A DNA stretch of 64,000 bases from a bacterium. GTDB lineage: Bacteria > Sysuimicrobiota > Sysuimicrobiia > Sysuimicrobiales > Segetimicrobiaceae. The stretch spans positions 3,312 to 67,311 of the forward strand of contig DASSJF010000038.1 of NCBI GenBank assembly GCA_035691305.1, read 5' to 3'. This document shows positions 26,905 to 36,699 of the stretch, piece after piece (the first letter of the stretch is position 1; each line of letters starts with the position of its first letter). Under the pieces are notes generated by a model, which saw only the letters and a program-made list of their open reading frames with translations, was not told the DNA's origin and searched no databases. Made by a program: the position numbers and the translations under genes.

Positions 26905-27756
26905 TTGAACTTCAGCGACATCCTCTGGATCCTGTTCGCCATCTCGTTCATTCAGCCGATCCTCCAGCGCCAGTGGCAGCAGGTCGCGCGCATCCGCGCG
27001 CTGCAGGGCCTCGAGCGATCGCGCGGGACCCGCGCGATCGCGCTGATCCACCGGCAGGAAACGATCAGCCTCCTCGGCATCCCGCTCGCCCGCTACATCG
27101 ACATTCAGGACTCCGAGGACGTGCTGCGCGCGATCCGCCTCACGCCGCCGGACCTGCCGATCGACGTGATCATGCACACGCCCGGCGGCCTGGTGCTGGC
27201 GGCGGAGCAGATCGCCCGCGCGCTGCGCAGCCACGAAGGCCGCGTCACCGTCTTCGTGCCGCACTACGCGATGTCCGGTGGGACACTGATCGCGCTGGCC
27301 GCGGACGAGATCGTCATGGACGCGCACGCGGTGCTGGGCCCGGTCGATCCGCAGCTCGGCCAGTACCCGGCCGCGTCGATCGTCGGCGTCGTGGAGCGCA
27401 AGCCGATCGAGCGGGTGGACGACGACACGCTCATTCTCGCGGACGTCGCGAAGAAGGCGCTGCGCCAGGTCCACGCCGCGGTCGTGGAGCTCGCGGCGCG
27501 GCGCCTCTCGCCCGAGCAGGCGAACGCCCTGGCGGACCAGCTCGCGACCGGCCAGTGGACGCACGACTACCCGATCACGGTCGACGAAGCGCGGGGGCTC
27601 GGCTTCACCGTTTCCACGGAGATGCCGCGCGGCGTGTACGAACTGATGGAGCTGTACCCGCAGGCCGGCAACCGGCGGCCGTCCGTACAGTACGTGCCGC
27701 TGCCGTACCGTGGCCCCGCCGCCCCGCCGCTGCCGCGAGGCGGCGAGCGCAAGTAG
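26905..27756 (+). CDS. Membrane-anchored ClpP-class serine protease of the SDH (serine dehydrogenase proteinase, PF01972-like) family.
   Basis: [65 protein letters not shown]...[22 protein letters not shown] is near-identical in pattern to archaeal SDH-family proteases. A TTG start lies 5 nt after GGAGGA and is followed by a TM helix. The 5' part of ORF 26758.. was rejected. Confidence 0.6.
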   Translation: MNFSDILWILFAISFIQPILQRQWQQVARIRALQGLERSRGTRAIALIHRQETISLLGIPLARYIDIQDSEDVLRAIRLTPPDLPIDVIMHTPGGLVLAAEQIARALRSHEGRVTVFVPHYAMSGGTLIALAADEIVMDAHAVLGPVDPQLGQYPAASIVGVVERKPIERVDDDTLILADVAKKALRQVHAAVVELAARRLSPEQANALADQLATGQWTHDYPITVDEARGLGFTVSTEMPRGVYELMELYPQAGNRRPSVQYVPLPYRGPAAPPLPRGGERK

Positions 27757-27775
27757 CGGAGGCACAGGAGAACCG

Positions 27776-28990
27776 ATGGCCAGGATCAAGGTGAAAAATC
27801 CGATCGTGGAGATGGACGGCGACGAGATGACGCGGATCATGTGGCACTGGATCCGCGAGCGGCTCATCCTGCCCTACCTCGACCTCGACCTAAAGTACTA
27901 CGATCTCTCGATCCAGAAACGCGACGAGACCGAGGACCGCATCACGGTCGACGCCGCGAACGCGGTGCGCGAGTACGGCGTCGGCGTAAAGTGCGCCACG
28001 ATCACCCCGGACGAGGCGCGCGTCAAAGAGTTCACGCTCAAACAGATGTGGCGCAGCCCGAACGGCACCATCCGCAACATCCTCGACGGCACGATCTTCC
28101 GCGAGCCGATCATCTGCCGCAACGTGCCGCGAATCGTCCCGCAGTGGGACAAGCCGGTCGTGGTGGCCCGCCACGGCTTCGGCGACCAGTACCGGGCGCA
28201 AGATTTCCGGTTTCCGGGTCCGGGCACGCTCACGGTGTCGTGGACGCCCGCGGCCGGCGCGGCGCCGATCGCACGCGAGATCATCAAAGCCGACGGGCCC
28301 GGCGTCGTGCTCGGCATGTTCAACCTCGACAGCTCGATCCGCGGCTTCGCGCACGCGTGCTTCAACTACGCGCTCGACCGCGGGTACCCGGTGTATCTCT
28401 CGACCAAGAACACGATCCTCAAGGCGTACGACGGCCGGTTCAAGGACATCTTCCAGGAGGTCTTCGACGCGGAGTTCCGCGCAAGATTCGAGGCCGCGGG
28501 GCTCACCTACGAGCACCGGCTCATCGACGACATGGTCGCCGCGAGCCTCAAGTGGACCGGCGGGTACCTGTGGGCATGCAAGAACTACGACGGCGACGTG
28601 CAGTCGGACACGGTGGCACAAGGCTACGGTTCGCTTGGGCTGATGACGTCGGTCCTCACCTCGCCGGACGGCAAGGCCGTGGAAGCGGAAGCGGCCCACG
28701 GCACGGTCACGCGACACTACCGGTTGCACCAGCAGGGCAAGCCGACGTCGACGAACCCGATCGCGTCGATCTACGCGTGGACCCGCGGGCTGCAGTACCG
28801 CGGCCGGATGGACGAGACGCCGGCCGTAATGGACTTCGCGCTGTCGCTGGAACGCGTGTGCGTCGAAACGGTCGAGAGCGGCAAGATGACGAAAGATCTG
28901 GCGATCCTGATCGGCCCGAACGAGCCGTTTCTGACAACCGAGGCCTTCATGGACGAAATCGACAAGGGGCTCAAGCGCCGCGTCGTCTGA
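27776..28990 (+). CDS. icd: NADP-dependent isocitrate dehydrogenase (type II, eukaryote-like homodimeric, about 404 aa).
   Basis: [47 protein letters not shown]... The ATG follows GGAGAA. Confidence 0.9.
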   Translation: MARIKVKNPIVEMDGDEMTRIMWHWIRERLILPYLDLDLKYYDLSIQKRDETEDRITVDAANAVREYGVGVKCATITPDEARVKEFTLKQMWRSPNGTIRNILDGTIFREPIICRNVPRIVPQWDKPVVVARHGFGDQYRAQDFRFPGPGTLTVSWTPAAGAAPIAREIIKADGPGVVLGMFNLDSSIRGFAHACFNYALDRGYPVYLSTKNTILKAYDGRFKDIFQEVFDAEFRARFEAAGLTYEHRLIDDMVAASLKWTGGYLWACKNYDGDVQSDTVAQGYGSLGLMTSVLTSPDGKAVEAEAAHGTVTRHYRLHQQGKPTSTNPIASIYAWTRGLQYRGRMDETPAVMDFALSLERVCVETVESGKMTKDLAILIGPNEPFLTTEAFMDEIDKGLKRRVV

Positions 28991-29800
28991 TCACCCCTCG
29001 AGCAGAGAGCGCAGGCGGGGAAGTTCCCGGCGCACCGCGTCGGGGTCGGTCCCGTGATATTCGAAGGTGACGGCCGCCGGCTGGGCCGCGTCGAGCACCG
29101 TTCGCAGCAGCCGGTCGTCCTCGGCGCTCAAGGGCTCGTGTTCATCGAGCAGCACGCCGTCGCGCATCCGCGGCCCGCTGACGTGTACGGCGCGGACCCG
29201 CCCGAGCGGCAGCCGCGCCAGGTACTCATCGATGGGCAATGACAGCCGGGCGGCGGCGACGCGGGCGTGCGCGAGGTCGAGCAGAAACCCCGTGCCGGCC
29301 GCCTCGAGTACGTCCGTGATGAACCCGGGTTCGGATATGTATTCGTAGGCGCCCGAGGGCCAGTAATCCAGGTTCTCGAACAAGAGCGGGACCGGCAGGG
29401 CGGCCGCGAGCGCCCGGGCGTTCCGGGCGATCGCGGCCTGCGCGGCCTCTCGCGGGAGCACAGGGGAGCGCGGCACCATCATCGGCCCGTCCGCGGCGAC
29501 CCGCGTCGACGCGAACCCGAGATGCACGCTGAGCCACGGCGCCGCGGTCCGGTCGAGAATTTCACGGGTCGCGGACAACACGCCCGGCTCGTCAAGCGCG
29601 CGCGGATGCGCGAGCGACCAATTCCATACCGCGTTGTGCACGAACAGCCGCGCCCCCGAACCCGCGGCGGTGGCCGCCCGCGGGCCGCCGGTCTCGAGAA
29701 AGTCCACGCGGACAGCCGCGCCGGCGATCAACCGCCGTGCGAGATCGGTATCGCCGAGACCCAGCAGCGTGGGCACCGTACCTACCGTGTTTGCCGCCAC
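28991..29800 (-). CDS. DUF692/UPF0276 family protein (MbnB/TglH-like TIM-barrel non-heme iron enzyme family).
   Basis: PWLSVHLGF..., LLFENLDYWP, GFLLDLAHA, RVRAVHVSG and LLDEHEPL..VTFEY blocks align with DUF692 consensus blocks (SEHLa, ENi.yy, LLLDvnN, HLAGH, iDtH). It overlaps the upstream PduO gene by 19 nt, so the start is uncertain. Confidence 0.6.
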   Translation of the reverse strand: MAANTVGTVPTLLGLGDTDLARRLIAGAAVRVDFLETGGPRAATAAGSGARLFVHNAVWNWSLAHPRALDEPGVLSATREILDRTAAPWLSVHLGFASTRVAADGPMMVPRSPVLPREAAQAAIARNARALAAALPVPLLFENLDYWPSGAYEYISEPGFITDVLEAAGTGFLLDLAHARVAAARLSLPIDEYLARLPLGRVRAVHVSGPRMRDGVLLDEHEPLSAEDDRLLRTVLDAAQPAAVTFEYHGTDPDAVRRELPRLRSLLEG

Positions 29801-30342
29801 TCCACGTCGGGACGTCCGGCGGCCTGGTTCGCCGCGCGCGCAAGGACGAACAGCAGGTCGGACACGCGGTTCACGAACTTGAGGAGCTCGGGGTTCAGCG
29901 GCTCGTGCGCGGCGAGCGTCACAATCGCTCGCTCCGCGCGCCGCGCCACGGTCCGGGCGTGGTGCAGCGCCGCGGCCGTCGGCGTTCCGCCCGGCAGGAT
30001 GAACGCCCGGAGCGGCGGCAGCGCGTCCTCCAGCCGGTCGATCTCGCGCTCCAGCGCGTCGACCCAGGCGCCGGTGACACGGCTCGCGTGCGCGGCCGTT
30101 GCGGTCGCGGCCTCGGACGGGGTCGCCAGCTCCGACCCGACGTCGAACAAGTAGTGCTGCAGCTTCTCGATCACGGGCGCAATGGACGCGGGCGGATCCG
30201 TCGCACGCGCCACCCCGAGCACCGCGTTGAGCTCGTCGATTGCGCCGTACGCGGCCACCCGCGGATGGCTCTTGGGGACGCGCCGGCCGCCGAACAGGGC
30301 GGTGTCGCCCGCGTCGCCGGTCTTCGTGTAGATCCGCGTCAC
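29782..30342 (-). CDS. PduO-type ATP:cob(I)alamin adenosyltransferase (MMAB family).
   Basis: VTRIYTKTGDAGDTALFGGRRVPKSHPRVAAYGAIDELNAVLG is the PduO N-terminal signature. The GTG start gives a GTGA overlap with the peptidase stop. The N-extension of ORF 29782..31149 was rejected. Confidence 0.8.
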   Translation of the reverse strand: MTRIYTKTGDAGDTALFGGRRVPKSHPRVAAYGAIDELNAVLGVARATDPPASIAPVIEKLQHYLFDVGSELATPSEAATATAAHASRVTGAWVDALEREIDRLEDALPPLRAFILPGGTPTAAALHHARTVARRAERAIVTLAAHEPLNPELLKFVNRVSDLLFVLARAANQAAGRPDVEWRQTR

Positions 30343-32381
30343 TCGTCCGCCCGCGCGGCGGCGCGCCCGGTACCCGCCGCCTGCCCCGCCGCCTCGCCGC
30401 CGCCGGATACGAGGTACTGCCGAAACCACGCGGTGATGTGGCGCAGCCGTTCGAGACGGTGGCGCGGCTGTCCGTTTCTGGAGAGGTCGTGGCTCTCGTT
30501 CGGGAAGCGCACGAACAGAGTCGGTACCCCCTGCTTCTTGAGCGCGACGAAGAGCTGTTCGCCCTGCTCGATCGGACAGCGGTGGTCCTGCTCGCTGTGC
30601 AGGATCAAGAGCGGCGTGCGCATCTCGCGCACGTACGTAATCGGCGAGCGCTCGAGGTAGAATTGCGGCGCCTCCCACGGATCGCCCGGGTACTCCCACA
30701 TGCCTTTCATGTAGGCGAGGTCGGAGGTCCCCCACTGGCTGTAGGCGTTGCTGATGCTGCGCATCGTCGCCCCGGCCCGGAACCGCCGCGTGTGCCCAAC
30801 GATCCAGTTGGTCATGAAGCCGCCGTAGCTGCCGCCGGCGACGCCAAGCCGCTCGCGGTCGATCCACGGATGTTCGGCCAGGGCGCGGTCGAGCCCGCGC
30901 ATCAAATCCTCGTAGTCCTTGCCGCCCCAGTCGTGGCGCGTCGCCGCGGTGAACCGCTCCCCGTACCCTTGGCTGCCGCGGGGGTTGAGGTAGACGACGC
31001 CGTACCCCTCCGCCGCCAGCACTTGGAATTCGTGGAAGAACGCGTTGCCGTAGGCGGCATGCGGCCCGCCGTGAATCTCCAGTACGGCCGGCGCCTTCGC
31101 GCCGTACACCGGGTTGGTCGGGCGCATCACCCACCCTTCCACCGTCCACCCGTCCAGGCTCTCGAATTCGAAGCGTTCGGGCCGCGCGAGCGCGATCGGA
31201 CCCAGCGCCGGGCCGGTGAGGTCGGTCAGGCGGCGCAGCGGACTCCCGAGGTCGAATACGGCGATCTCACCCGGCGTGGCCGGGTCGCTCTCGATACAGA
31301 CCGCGCGCCGCGCCGCGGCATCGAGCGAGCAGCCGATCAGCTCGTGGTCGCCGCGCGTCTCGAGCCGGATCGCCCGTCGGGGCGCCGCGCCGGCACCCTC
31401 GCCGGGCGTGGGCGGCGACGCGGCCATCGACGCGATTTGTGTATTGCCGCCGTCGGAGACCATGAAGATGAGACGCGTACCGTCGCGGCTCCACGTCAGA
31501 CCGCCCGTCGGCGGGTGGACCCGCGAGTCGGTCGCGATGTGGTGACCGACGTTCCGGTCTTCGTGCGCGGTGAGGCAGACCGGCTCACCGCCGCCCGCGG
31601 GCACCGTCCACACCCCCCAGTTCGTGGCGGCCCAGCAGGCATTGTCGTGCCCGACGTAGGCGATGGTCCGCCCGTCCGGCGACCACGCGGGCACGGACGC
31701 CGGACCGCGGCTGTTGGTAAGGCACCGCGGCGATCCCCCGTCGATCGAGAGCACCCAAATATCCGACGTGTTGCTAAGATCGGCGTCGGGCGAGGCGTTG
31801 CCGGCGTACGCGAGCATCGTGCCCTCGGGCGACCACGCGGGCGTCAGGTGATCGTAGTCCCCCGTCGTGATCTGCCGCGCGCGTCCCCCCGCGGCGGCCA
31901 CGACGAAAATCTGTTTCCAGCGGCCGTCCCAGAAGCCTTCACCGTCCTGCTTGTAGCGCAGGCGCGAGATGACTTTGACGTCGCTCTCTTCGCGCGGGCG
32001 GGCGGCCTCCGGCTTCCCGACGAAGGCGATCCAGCGGCCGTCCGGCGACCAGACGGGATCCGCCGGCGACACCTTGCCGGAGGTGATCGCGCGGGCTTCG
32101 CCCCCGCCGACCGAGATGACCCAGAGCTGCTTGTCGCCGTTCCGGTCGGAGACGAAGACGAGGCGCGTTCCATCCGGCGACCATCGCGGAGAGGTTTCCT
32201 TGGCGGCCGCCGTCGTGAGCTGGCGCGGGTCTCCTCCCGCGGCCGGCACGAGCCACAGATTGATGCGGTAGGTGTTGGCGGCGCGGTCCGCCCGCGTCAC
32301 GGTGAAGGCGACCTGCTCGCCGCCGGGCGACAACTGCGGGTCGTTGAGCACCGGGATGGCGACGAGGTGGTCGATCGTCAT
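30339..32381 (-). CDS. S9 family peptidase (acylaminoacyl-peptidase/prolyl oligopeptidase-like; N-terminal beta-propeller plus C-terminal alpha/beta hydrolase).
   Basis: Repeated SP(R/A)WSPDG propeller blades. The catalytic domain has GGSYGG (nucleophile Ser) and the ...HSEQDHRCP... region. The start was set at MTIDHLV. Confidence 0.8.
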   Translation of the reverse strand: MTIDHLVAIPVLNDPQLSPGGEQVAFTVTRADRAANTYRINLWLVPAAGGDPRQLTTAAAKETSPRWSPDGTRLVFVSDRNGDKQLWVISVGGGEARAITSGKVSPADPVWSPDGRWIAFVGKPEAARPREESDVKVISRLRYKQDGEGFWDGRWKQIFVVAAAGGRARQITTGDYDHLTPAWSPEGTMLAYAGNASPDADLSNTSDIWVLSIDGGSPRCLTNSRGPASVPAWSPDGRTIAYVGHDNACWAATNWGVWTVPAGGGEPVCLTAHEDRNVGHHIATDSRVHPPTGGLTWSRDGTRLIFMVSDGGNTQIASMAASPPTPGEGAGAAPRRAIRLETRGDHELIGCSLDAAARRAVCIESDPATPGEIAVFDLGSPLRRLTDLTGPALGPIALARPERFEFESLDGWTVEGWVMRPTNPVYGAKAPAVLEIHGGPHAAYGNAFFHEFQVLAAEGYGVVYLNPRGSQGYGERFTAATRHDWGGKDYEDLMRGLDRALAEHPWIDRERLGVAGGSYGGFMTNWIVGHTRRFRAGATMRSISNAYSQWGTSDLAYMKGMWEYPGDPWEAPQFYLERSPITYVREMRTPLLILHSEQDHRCPIEQGEQLFVALKKQGVPTLFVRFPNESHDLSRNGQPRHRLERLRHITAWFRQYLVSGGGEAAGQAAGTGRAAARADE

Positions 32382-32481
32382 GCGGTGTGGAGCCCGGATC
32401 ACGCGTGTCCCTCCGGCGCGAAGTGCGTTCGGCGCGTTTCGCTTCGGCGGTGCGGAAAGCGCTCCCTCCGCACCGCCATCC

Positions 32482-33216
32482 CTAGACACCCGCCGCGAGG
32501 CGGCGCGACAAGAGCGTCGGCAGGCCGCGCCGTGCCATCTTCGCCTGCGTCGCGGCGATCGGATAGGCGACGCGGTGGAGCACGGCCTGAAGCCTCGCAT
32601 CGTCGAACACGAGATAGGCGGCGCGGGGATCGCCGTCACGCGGCTGGCCGACGCTGCCGGGATTGATGATGTAGCGGGAGGCGGCGGCGAGATCGAAGGG
32701 CGCCTCGGGAGGCAGCGCCTCGGTCCTGAGGTGCCCGTTCGGATGCCGGGCAAAGACCCCCGCGACGTGCGTGTGCCCGGCGAGACACACGCGGAAGTCG
32801 GCCTCGGCGAATACCGCGAGGGCGGTGGGCAGGTCCAGAATGTACTCCTCGACAGGACGCCGCGGACTGCCGTGCACCGCGACGAATGCCGGGGTGTCGC
32901 AACGCTCGGGCAGCGCCGCGAGGTAGGCGCGGTTGTCCTCGGTCAGCTCCTGCGCGGTCCATTCAATCGCCGCCCGTGCGAGCGGTGAGAACGCCGCGGC
33001 CGCGAGCTGGCCGACCGCGCCGCGATCGTGGTTGCCCGCGATCACCGCTCCCCCGAGGCGGCGCACCCGCTCGACGCAGGCGTTGGGGTCCGGGCCGTAG
33101 CCCACGACGTCGCCGAGGCACAGATATCCGTCCGGCGAACGCGGCGCCGCGTCGGCGAGCACGGCCTGCAGGGCCTCCATGTTCGCGTGGATATCCGAAA
33201 TGACCGCGTAGCGCAC
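32482..33216 (-). CDS. Metallophosphoesterase (calcineurin-like, YfcE/MPP family).
   Basis: MRYAVISDIHANMEAL...GDVVGYGPDP...GNHD motifs. Confidence 0.7.
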   Translation of the reverse strand: MRYAVISDIHANMEALQAVLADAAPRSPDGYLCLGDVVGYGPDPNACVERVRRLGGAVIAGNHDRGAVGQLAAAAFSPLARAAIEWTAQELTEDNRAYLAALPERCDTPAFVAVHGSPRRPVEEYILDLPTALAVFAEADFRVCLAGHTHVAGVFARHPNGHLRTEALPPEAPFDLAAASRYIINPGSVGQPRDGDPRAAYLVFDDARLQAVLHRVAYPIAATQAKMARRGLPTLLSRRLAAGV

Positions 33217-33228
33217 CGCGCTCGGTTC

Positions 33229-33888
33229 TCAGCGCCTCCGCCGGGCCAGCTCTGTGAAGATTTCGGTCGGGCTGATGCCTTGGTGCACGAGCAGGACGAG
33301 CGAGTGGAACCAGAGGTCGGCGGTCTCTTCCACAAGACGGCGGGAAGTCTCCTTGCGCGCCGCCCGCGCGACTTCCGCGGCTTCTTCCATCACCTTCTCG
33401 TTGAGCCGTGCCACGCCTGCGGTGAACAATCCGGCGGTGTATGAGCCCGCGGCGGGCGCTCGCCGGCGCTCGGCGAGCACGGCGGCCAACTCTGTGAGGA
33501 TCTCGGGCCCGGCCGTCCGCGGGGTCTCCGCGACCGCCCCCGCCGGACCGCCGGCCAGACGGCCGTCGGGCGCGACCGAGCGGAAGAAGCACGAGCGGTG
33601 TCCCGTATGGCAGGCCGGCCCCGTTTGCTCCACCTTCAATAAAATCGCGTCGCCGTCGCAGTCGCCCCGTACTTCCACGACGCGCTGGGTGTGGCCGGAG
33701 GTCTCGCCCTTCCGCCACAACTGCCGCCGGCTGCGGCTCCAGTACCATGCCTGACCGGTGGCGAGAGTGCGCTCGAGGGCCTCTCGCGTCATGTGCGCGA
33801 CCATCAGCACCTCTCCGGTCGCGGCATCCTGCGCCACCACCGTCACCAGTCCGGAAGCGTCGTAGATCACCCGATCGGCGTCGTTCAT
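33229..33888 (-). CDS. hisI: Bifunctional phosphoribosyl-AMP cyclohydrolase / phosphoribosyl-ATP pyrophosphatase.
   Basis: 219 aa. The HisI domain (...[23 protein letters not shown]...[10 protein letters not shown]) is followed by the HisE domain. The ATG overlaps the hisF stop as ATGA. Confidence 0.85.
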   Translation of the reverse strand: MNDADRVIYDASGLVTVVAQDAATGEVLMVAHMTREALERTLATGQAWYWSRSRRQLWRKGETSGHTQRVVEVRGDCDGDAILLKVEQTGPACHTGHRSCFFRSVAPDGRLAGGPAGAVAETPRTAGPEILTELAAVLAERRRAPAAGSYTAGLFTAGVARLNEKVMEEAAEVARAARKETSRRLVEETADLWFHSLVLLVHQGISPTEIFTELARRRR

Positions 33889-34700
33889 ACGTGCCCACCT
33901 CCGGCCGCGGGGCGTCCTGCCGGCCGGACGAGGATCCCCGCGGCCGCCATCGCGGCTTTCACCGCCGCGATGCTGTGCGTCCGGTAATGAAACACAGACG
34001 CGGCCAGGACCGCGTCGGCGTCGGCGGCCGTGACCGCCTCTACGAAGTGCCGGGGCGCGCCAGCCCCGCCCGACGCGATCACCGGGATCCGGACGGCCCT
34101 CGTCACGGCCCGCACCAGGTCGAGATCGAACCCGTCCTCGCGACCGTCCTGGTCCATGCTGGTCAGGAGGATCTCCCCGGCCCCCAGCGCCGCGGCGCGC
34201 GCCGCCCACTCGACCGCATCCAATCCGGTCGCGCGGCGGCCCCCGTGCGTGAAGACGTCCCATCGCGGCGACGCGGTGCGGGCGCCGGGTCCGGGGCCGG
34301 CGCGCTGCGCATCGATCGCCACCACGATACACTGGCTGCCGAACTGCTCGGCGCCCTCGCGGATCAACTCGGGGCGCCGGACCGCCGCGGTATTGATGCC
34401 GACTTTGTCCGCGCCGGCGCGCAGCATGCGGCGGAGGTCCTCGACGGCCGCCAGCCCGCCGCCCACGGTGAAGGGAATCGTCAGCACCTCCGCGGTCCGC
34501 CGGACGATCGTTTCCATGATCCCGCGGCCCTCATGGCTCGCGGTAATGTCGAGCAAGACCACCTCATCGGCCCCCTCGCGATCATAGACCGTAGCGAGTT
34601 CCACCGGGTCGCCGGCGTCGCGCAGATCGACGAAGCGCGTCCCTTTGACGACGCGGCCGTCCTTCACGTCGAGGCACGCGACGACGCGGCGCGCGAGCAT
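33885..34700 (-). CDS. hisF: Imidazole glycerol phosphate synthase cyclase subunit.
   Basis: [36 protein letters not shown]... is canonical HisF. Confidence 0.9.
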   Translation of the reverse strand: MLARRVVACLDVKDGRVVKGTRFVDLRDAGDPVELATVYDREGADEVVLLDITASHEGRGIMETIVRRTAEVLTIPFTVGGGLAAVEDLRRMLRAGADKVGINTAAVRRPELIREGAEQFGSQCIVVAIDAQRAGPGPGARTASPRWDVFTHGGRRATGLDAVEWAARAAALGAGEILLTSMDQDGREDGFDLDLVRAVTRAVRIPVIASGGAGAPRHFVEAVTAADADAVLAASVFHYRTHSIAAVKAAMAAAGILVRPAGRPAAGGGHV

Positions 34701-34728
34701 CAGCGCCCCGCCGCGGGCATTCGCGCGA

Positions 34729-35469
34729 TCATGCCGGCCCCCGATCGCCGGCCGCCGCGGCGAGAAGGTCCTGCAGCCGCACGCTGCCTTCGTACAGCGC
34801 GCGCCCCACGACCGCCCCTTCCAGCCCCGCGGGCTCGAGCCGGCGGAGGCGTCGCAGATCGCCGGCGGACGTCACGCCGCCTGCGACGATCACGGGGACC
34901 GCGGCCGCCGCCAGGAAGGGCTCGAGCGACGCCACGTCGGGGCCGCCGAGCATGCCGTCGCGGCGCGTGTCCGTGTAGACGATGCGCCGCGCGCCGGCCC
35001 CGACGACCCGGGCCGCGGCCTCCGCCACCGTGAGCGGTGTCGCGGCCGTCCACCCTTCGGTGACAACGCGGCCGTCGCGCGCGTCGATCGCCGCCGCGAT
35101 CCGCCCGCCGAAACGCGCGCAGGCCGCGCGGAGCAGCTCGGGCGCGCTCACCGCGGCCGTCCCGAGGATCACGCGGGCCGCGCCGGCGTCGAGCAGCCGC
35201 TCGATCGTCGCGAGGTCGCGCACACCTCCGCCGACCTCGACCGGGACGCCGGCCTCGGCCAGAATGCGGCCGACGGCGTCGGGGTTGCCGGGGCTCCCGG
35301 CGAACGCGCCGTCGAGGTCCACCACGTGCAGCCAGCGCGCGCCGGCCGACGTCCAGCGGCGGGCGGCCGCCACCGGATCATCGTCGTACACGCGCTCGCG
35401 GCGCCGCTCGCCCTGAATCAGCCGCACGGCCTTGCCGCCGCGGATGTCAACCGCCGGCAGCACCAACAC
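34729..35469 (-). CDS. hisA: Phosphoribosylformimino-5-aminoimidazole carboxamide ribotide isomerase.
   Basis: [20 protein letters not shown]..., a (beta/alpha)8 HisA. Confidence 0.85.
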   Translation of the reverse strand: MLVLPAVDIRGGKAVRLIQGERRRERVYDDDPVAAARRWTSAGARWLHVVDLDGAFAGSPGNPDAVGRILAEAGVPVEVGGGVRDLATIERLLDAGAARVILGTAAVSAPELLRAACARFGGRIAAAIDARDGRVVTEGWTAATPLTVAEAAARVVGAGARRIVYTDTRRDGMLGGPDVASLEPFLAAAAVPVIVAGGVTSAGDLRRLRRLEPAGLEGAVVGRALYEGSVRLQDLLAAAAGDRGPA

Positions 35470-36073
35470 CGGCGGCCCACCGCGCGAAGTTGTTCAGGAT
35501 CCGTTCGCCGACCTCGCCCGACTTCTCCGGGTGGAACTGCGTCGCCCAGAGATTGCCGCGGCCGGCCACCGCGGCGATGTCGGCCCCGTACGAGCAGGTC
35601 GCAGCCACGAGCGTGGGATCCGAGGGCGCGCAGTAGTACGAGTGCACGAAATAGACGTAGTCCCCCGAAGCAACACCGTCGAGCAGCGGGCACGTCCGCT
35701 CCACCCGCAGCTGATTCCAACCCATGTGCGGCACCTTCACGGAATCCGGCAGCCGGACGACCCGGCCCGGCAGGACGCCGAGCCCCCGGGTCACGCCGGC
35801 TTCGACGCTCTCATCGAAGAGGAGCTGCATCCCGAGGCAGATGCCGAGGAAGGGCCGCCCGGACCGGACGTACGCGCGAATCCGCTCCGCGAACCCCGCG
35901 TCGGTCAGCCGGGCCATCGCCGGCCCGAACGCGCCGTCGCCGGGCACGACGAGCGCCGCGGCCGCATCCAGATCCCCAGGATCGTCGGTCACCCGGACGT
36001 CCAGGCCGCGCCGGCGCAGCCCCATCCCGATGCTGTGGAGGTTGCCGGCGCCGTAGTCGGCGACCACGATCAC
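35447..36073 (-). CDS. hisH: Imidazole glycerol phosphate synthase glutamine amidotransferase subunit.
   Basis: MIVVADYGAGNLHSIGMGL..GICLGMQLL..FHPEKS triad motifs. Confidence 0.85.
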   Translation of the reverse strand: MIVVADYGAGNLHSIGMGLRRRGLDVRVTDDPGDLDAAAALVVPGDGAFGPAMARLTDAGFAERIRAYVRSGRPFLGICLGMQLLFDESVEAGVTRGLGVLPGRVVRLPDSVKVPHMGWNQLRVERTCPLLDGVASGDYVYFVHSYYCAPSDPTLVAATCSYGADIAAVAGRGNLWATQFHPEKSGEVGERILNNFARWAAGVGAAGG

Positions 36074-36699
36074 TCGAGCGTTCCCTTCGTCGACGGCACG
36101 CCGGCGACGCGCGGATCGCGTCCCGTCGCGCGGTCCAGTGCGAGCGCGACGGCCTTGAACGCCGCTTCGATGATGTGATGGGCGTTCCGGCCGTGGAGGA
36201 GCATGAGGTGCAGCGTGATCCCCGCGTTCACGGCGAAAGCGCGGAAGAACTCTTCCGTGAGATCCGTGTCGTAGGCGCCGAGGCGCTGGCGCGCGAGAGG
36301 CACCGCGTAACGGAGGAACGGCCGGCCGCTCACGTCCACCACCGCGAGGACCAGCGCCTCGTCGAGCGGCGCGTGCGCGTCCGCGTACCGGAAGATGCCG
36401 GCGCCGCCGCTGATCGCGTCCTTGAACGCCCGGCCCAGCGCGATCCCGACGTCCTCGACCGTGTGGTGCGCGTCGACCTCGAGGTCGCCGGACGCCGCGA
36501 CGACCAGATCAAACCGCCCGTGGCGCGCGATCTGCTCCAGCATGTGATCGAGAAAGGGCACGCCCGTCGCGATCTCCGCATCGCCCGTCCCGTCGAGGTT
36601 CCAGCGGACGTCCACCTTGGTCTCGCCGGTCGCGCGCGACGCGCGGCCGACACGCGCCGCGGCCTCCTCGGCCGCGCCGTCCCGCTGGACGGGGCTCAC
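36070..36699 (-). CDS. hisB: Imidazoleglycerol-phosphate dehydratase.
   Basis: RETGETKVDV-like RATGETKVDVRWNLDGTG..., HHTVEDVGIALG and HIIEAAFKA motifs. Confidence 0.85.
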   Translation of the reverse strand: MSPVQRDGAAEEAAARVGRASRATGETKVDVRWNLDGTGDAEIATGVPFLDHMLEQIARHGRFDLVVAASGDLEVDAHHTVEDVGIALGRAFKDAISGGAGIFRYADAHAPLDEALVLAVVDVSGRPFLRYAVPLARQRLGAYDTDLTEEFFRAFAVNAGITLHLMLLHGRNAHHIIEAAFKAVALALDRATGRDPRVAGVPSTKGTLE

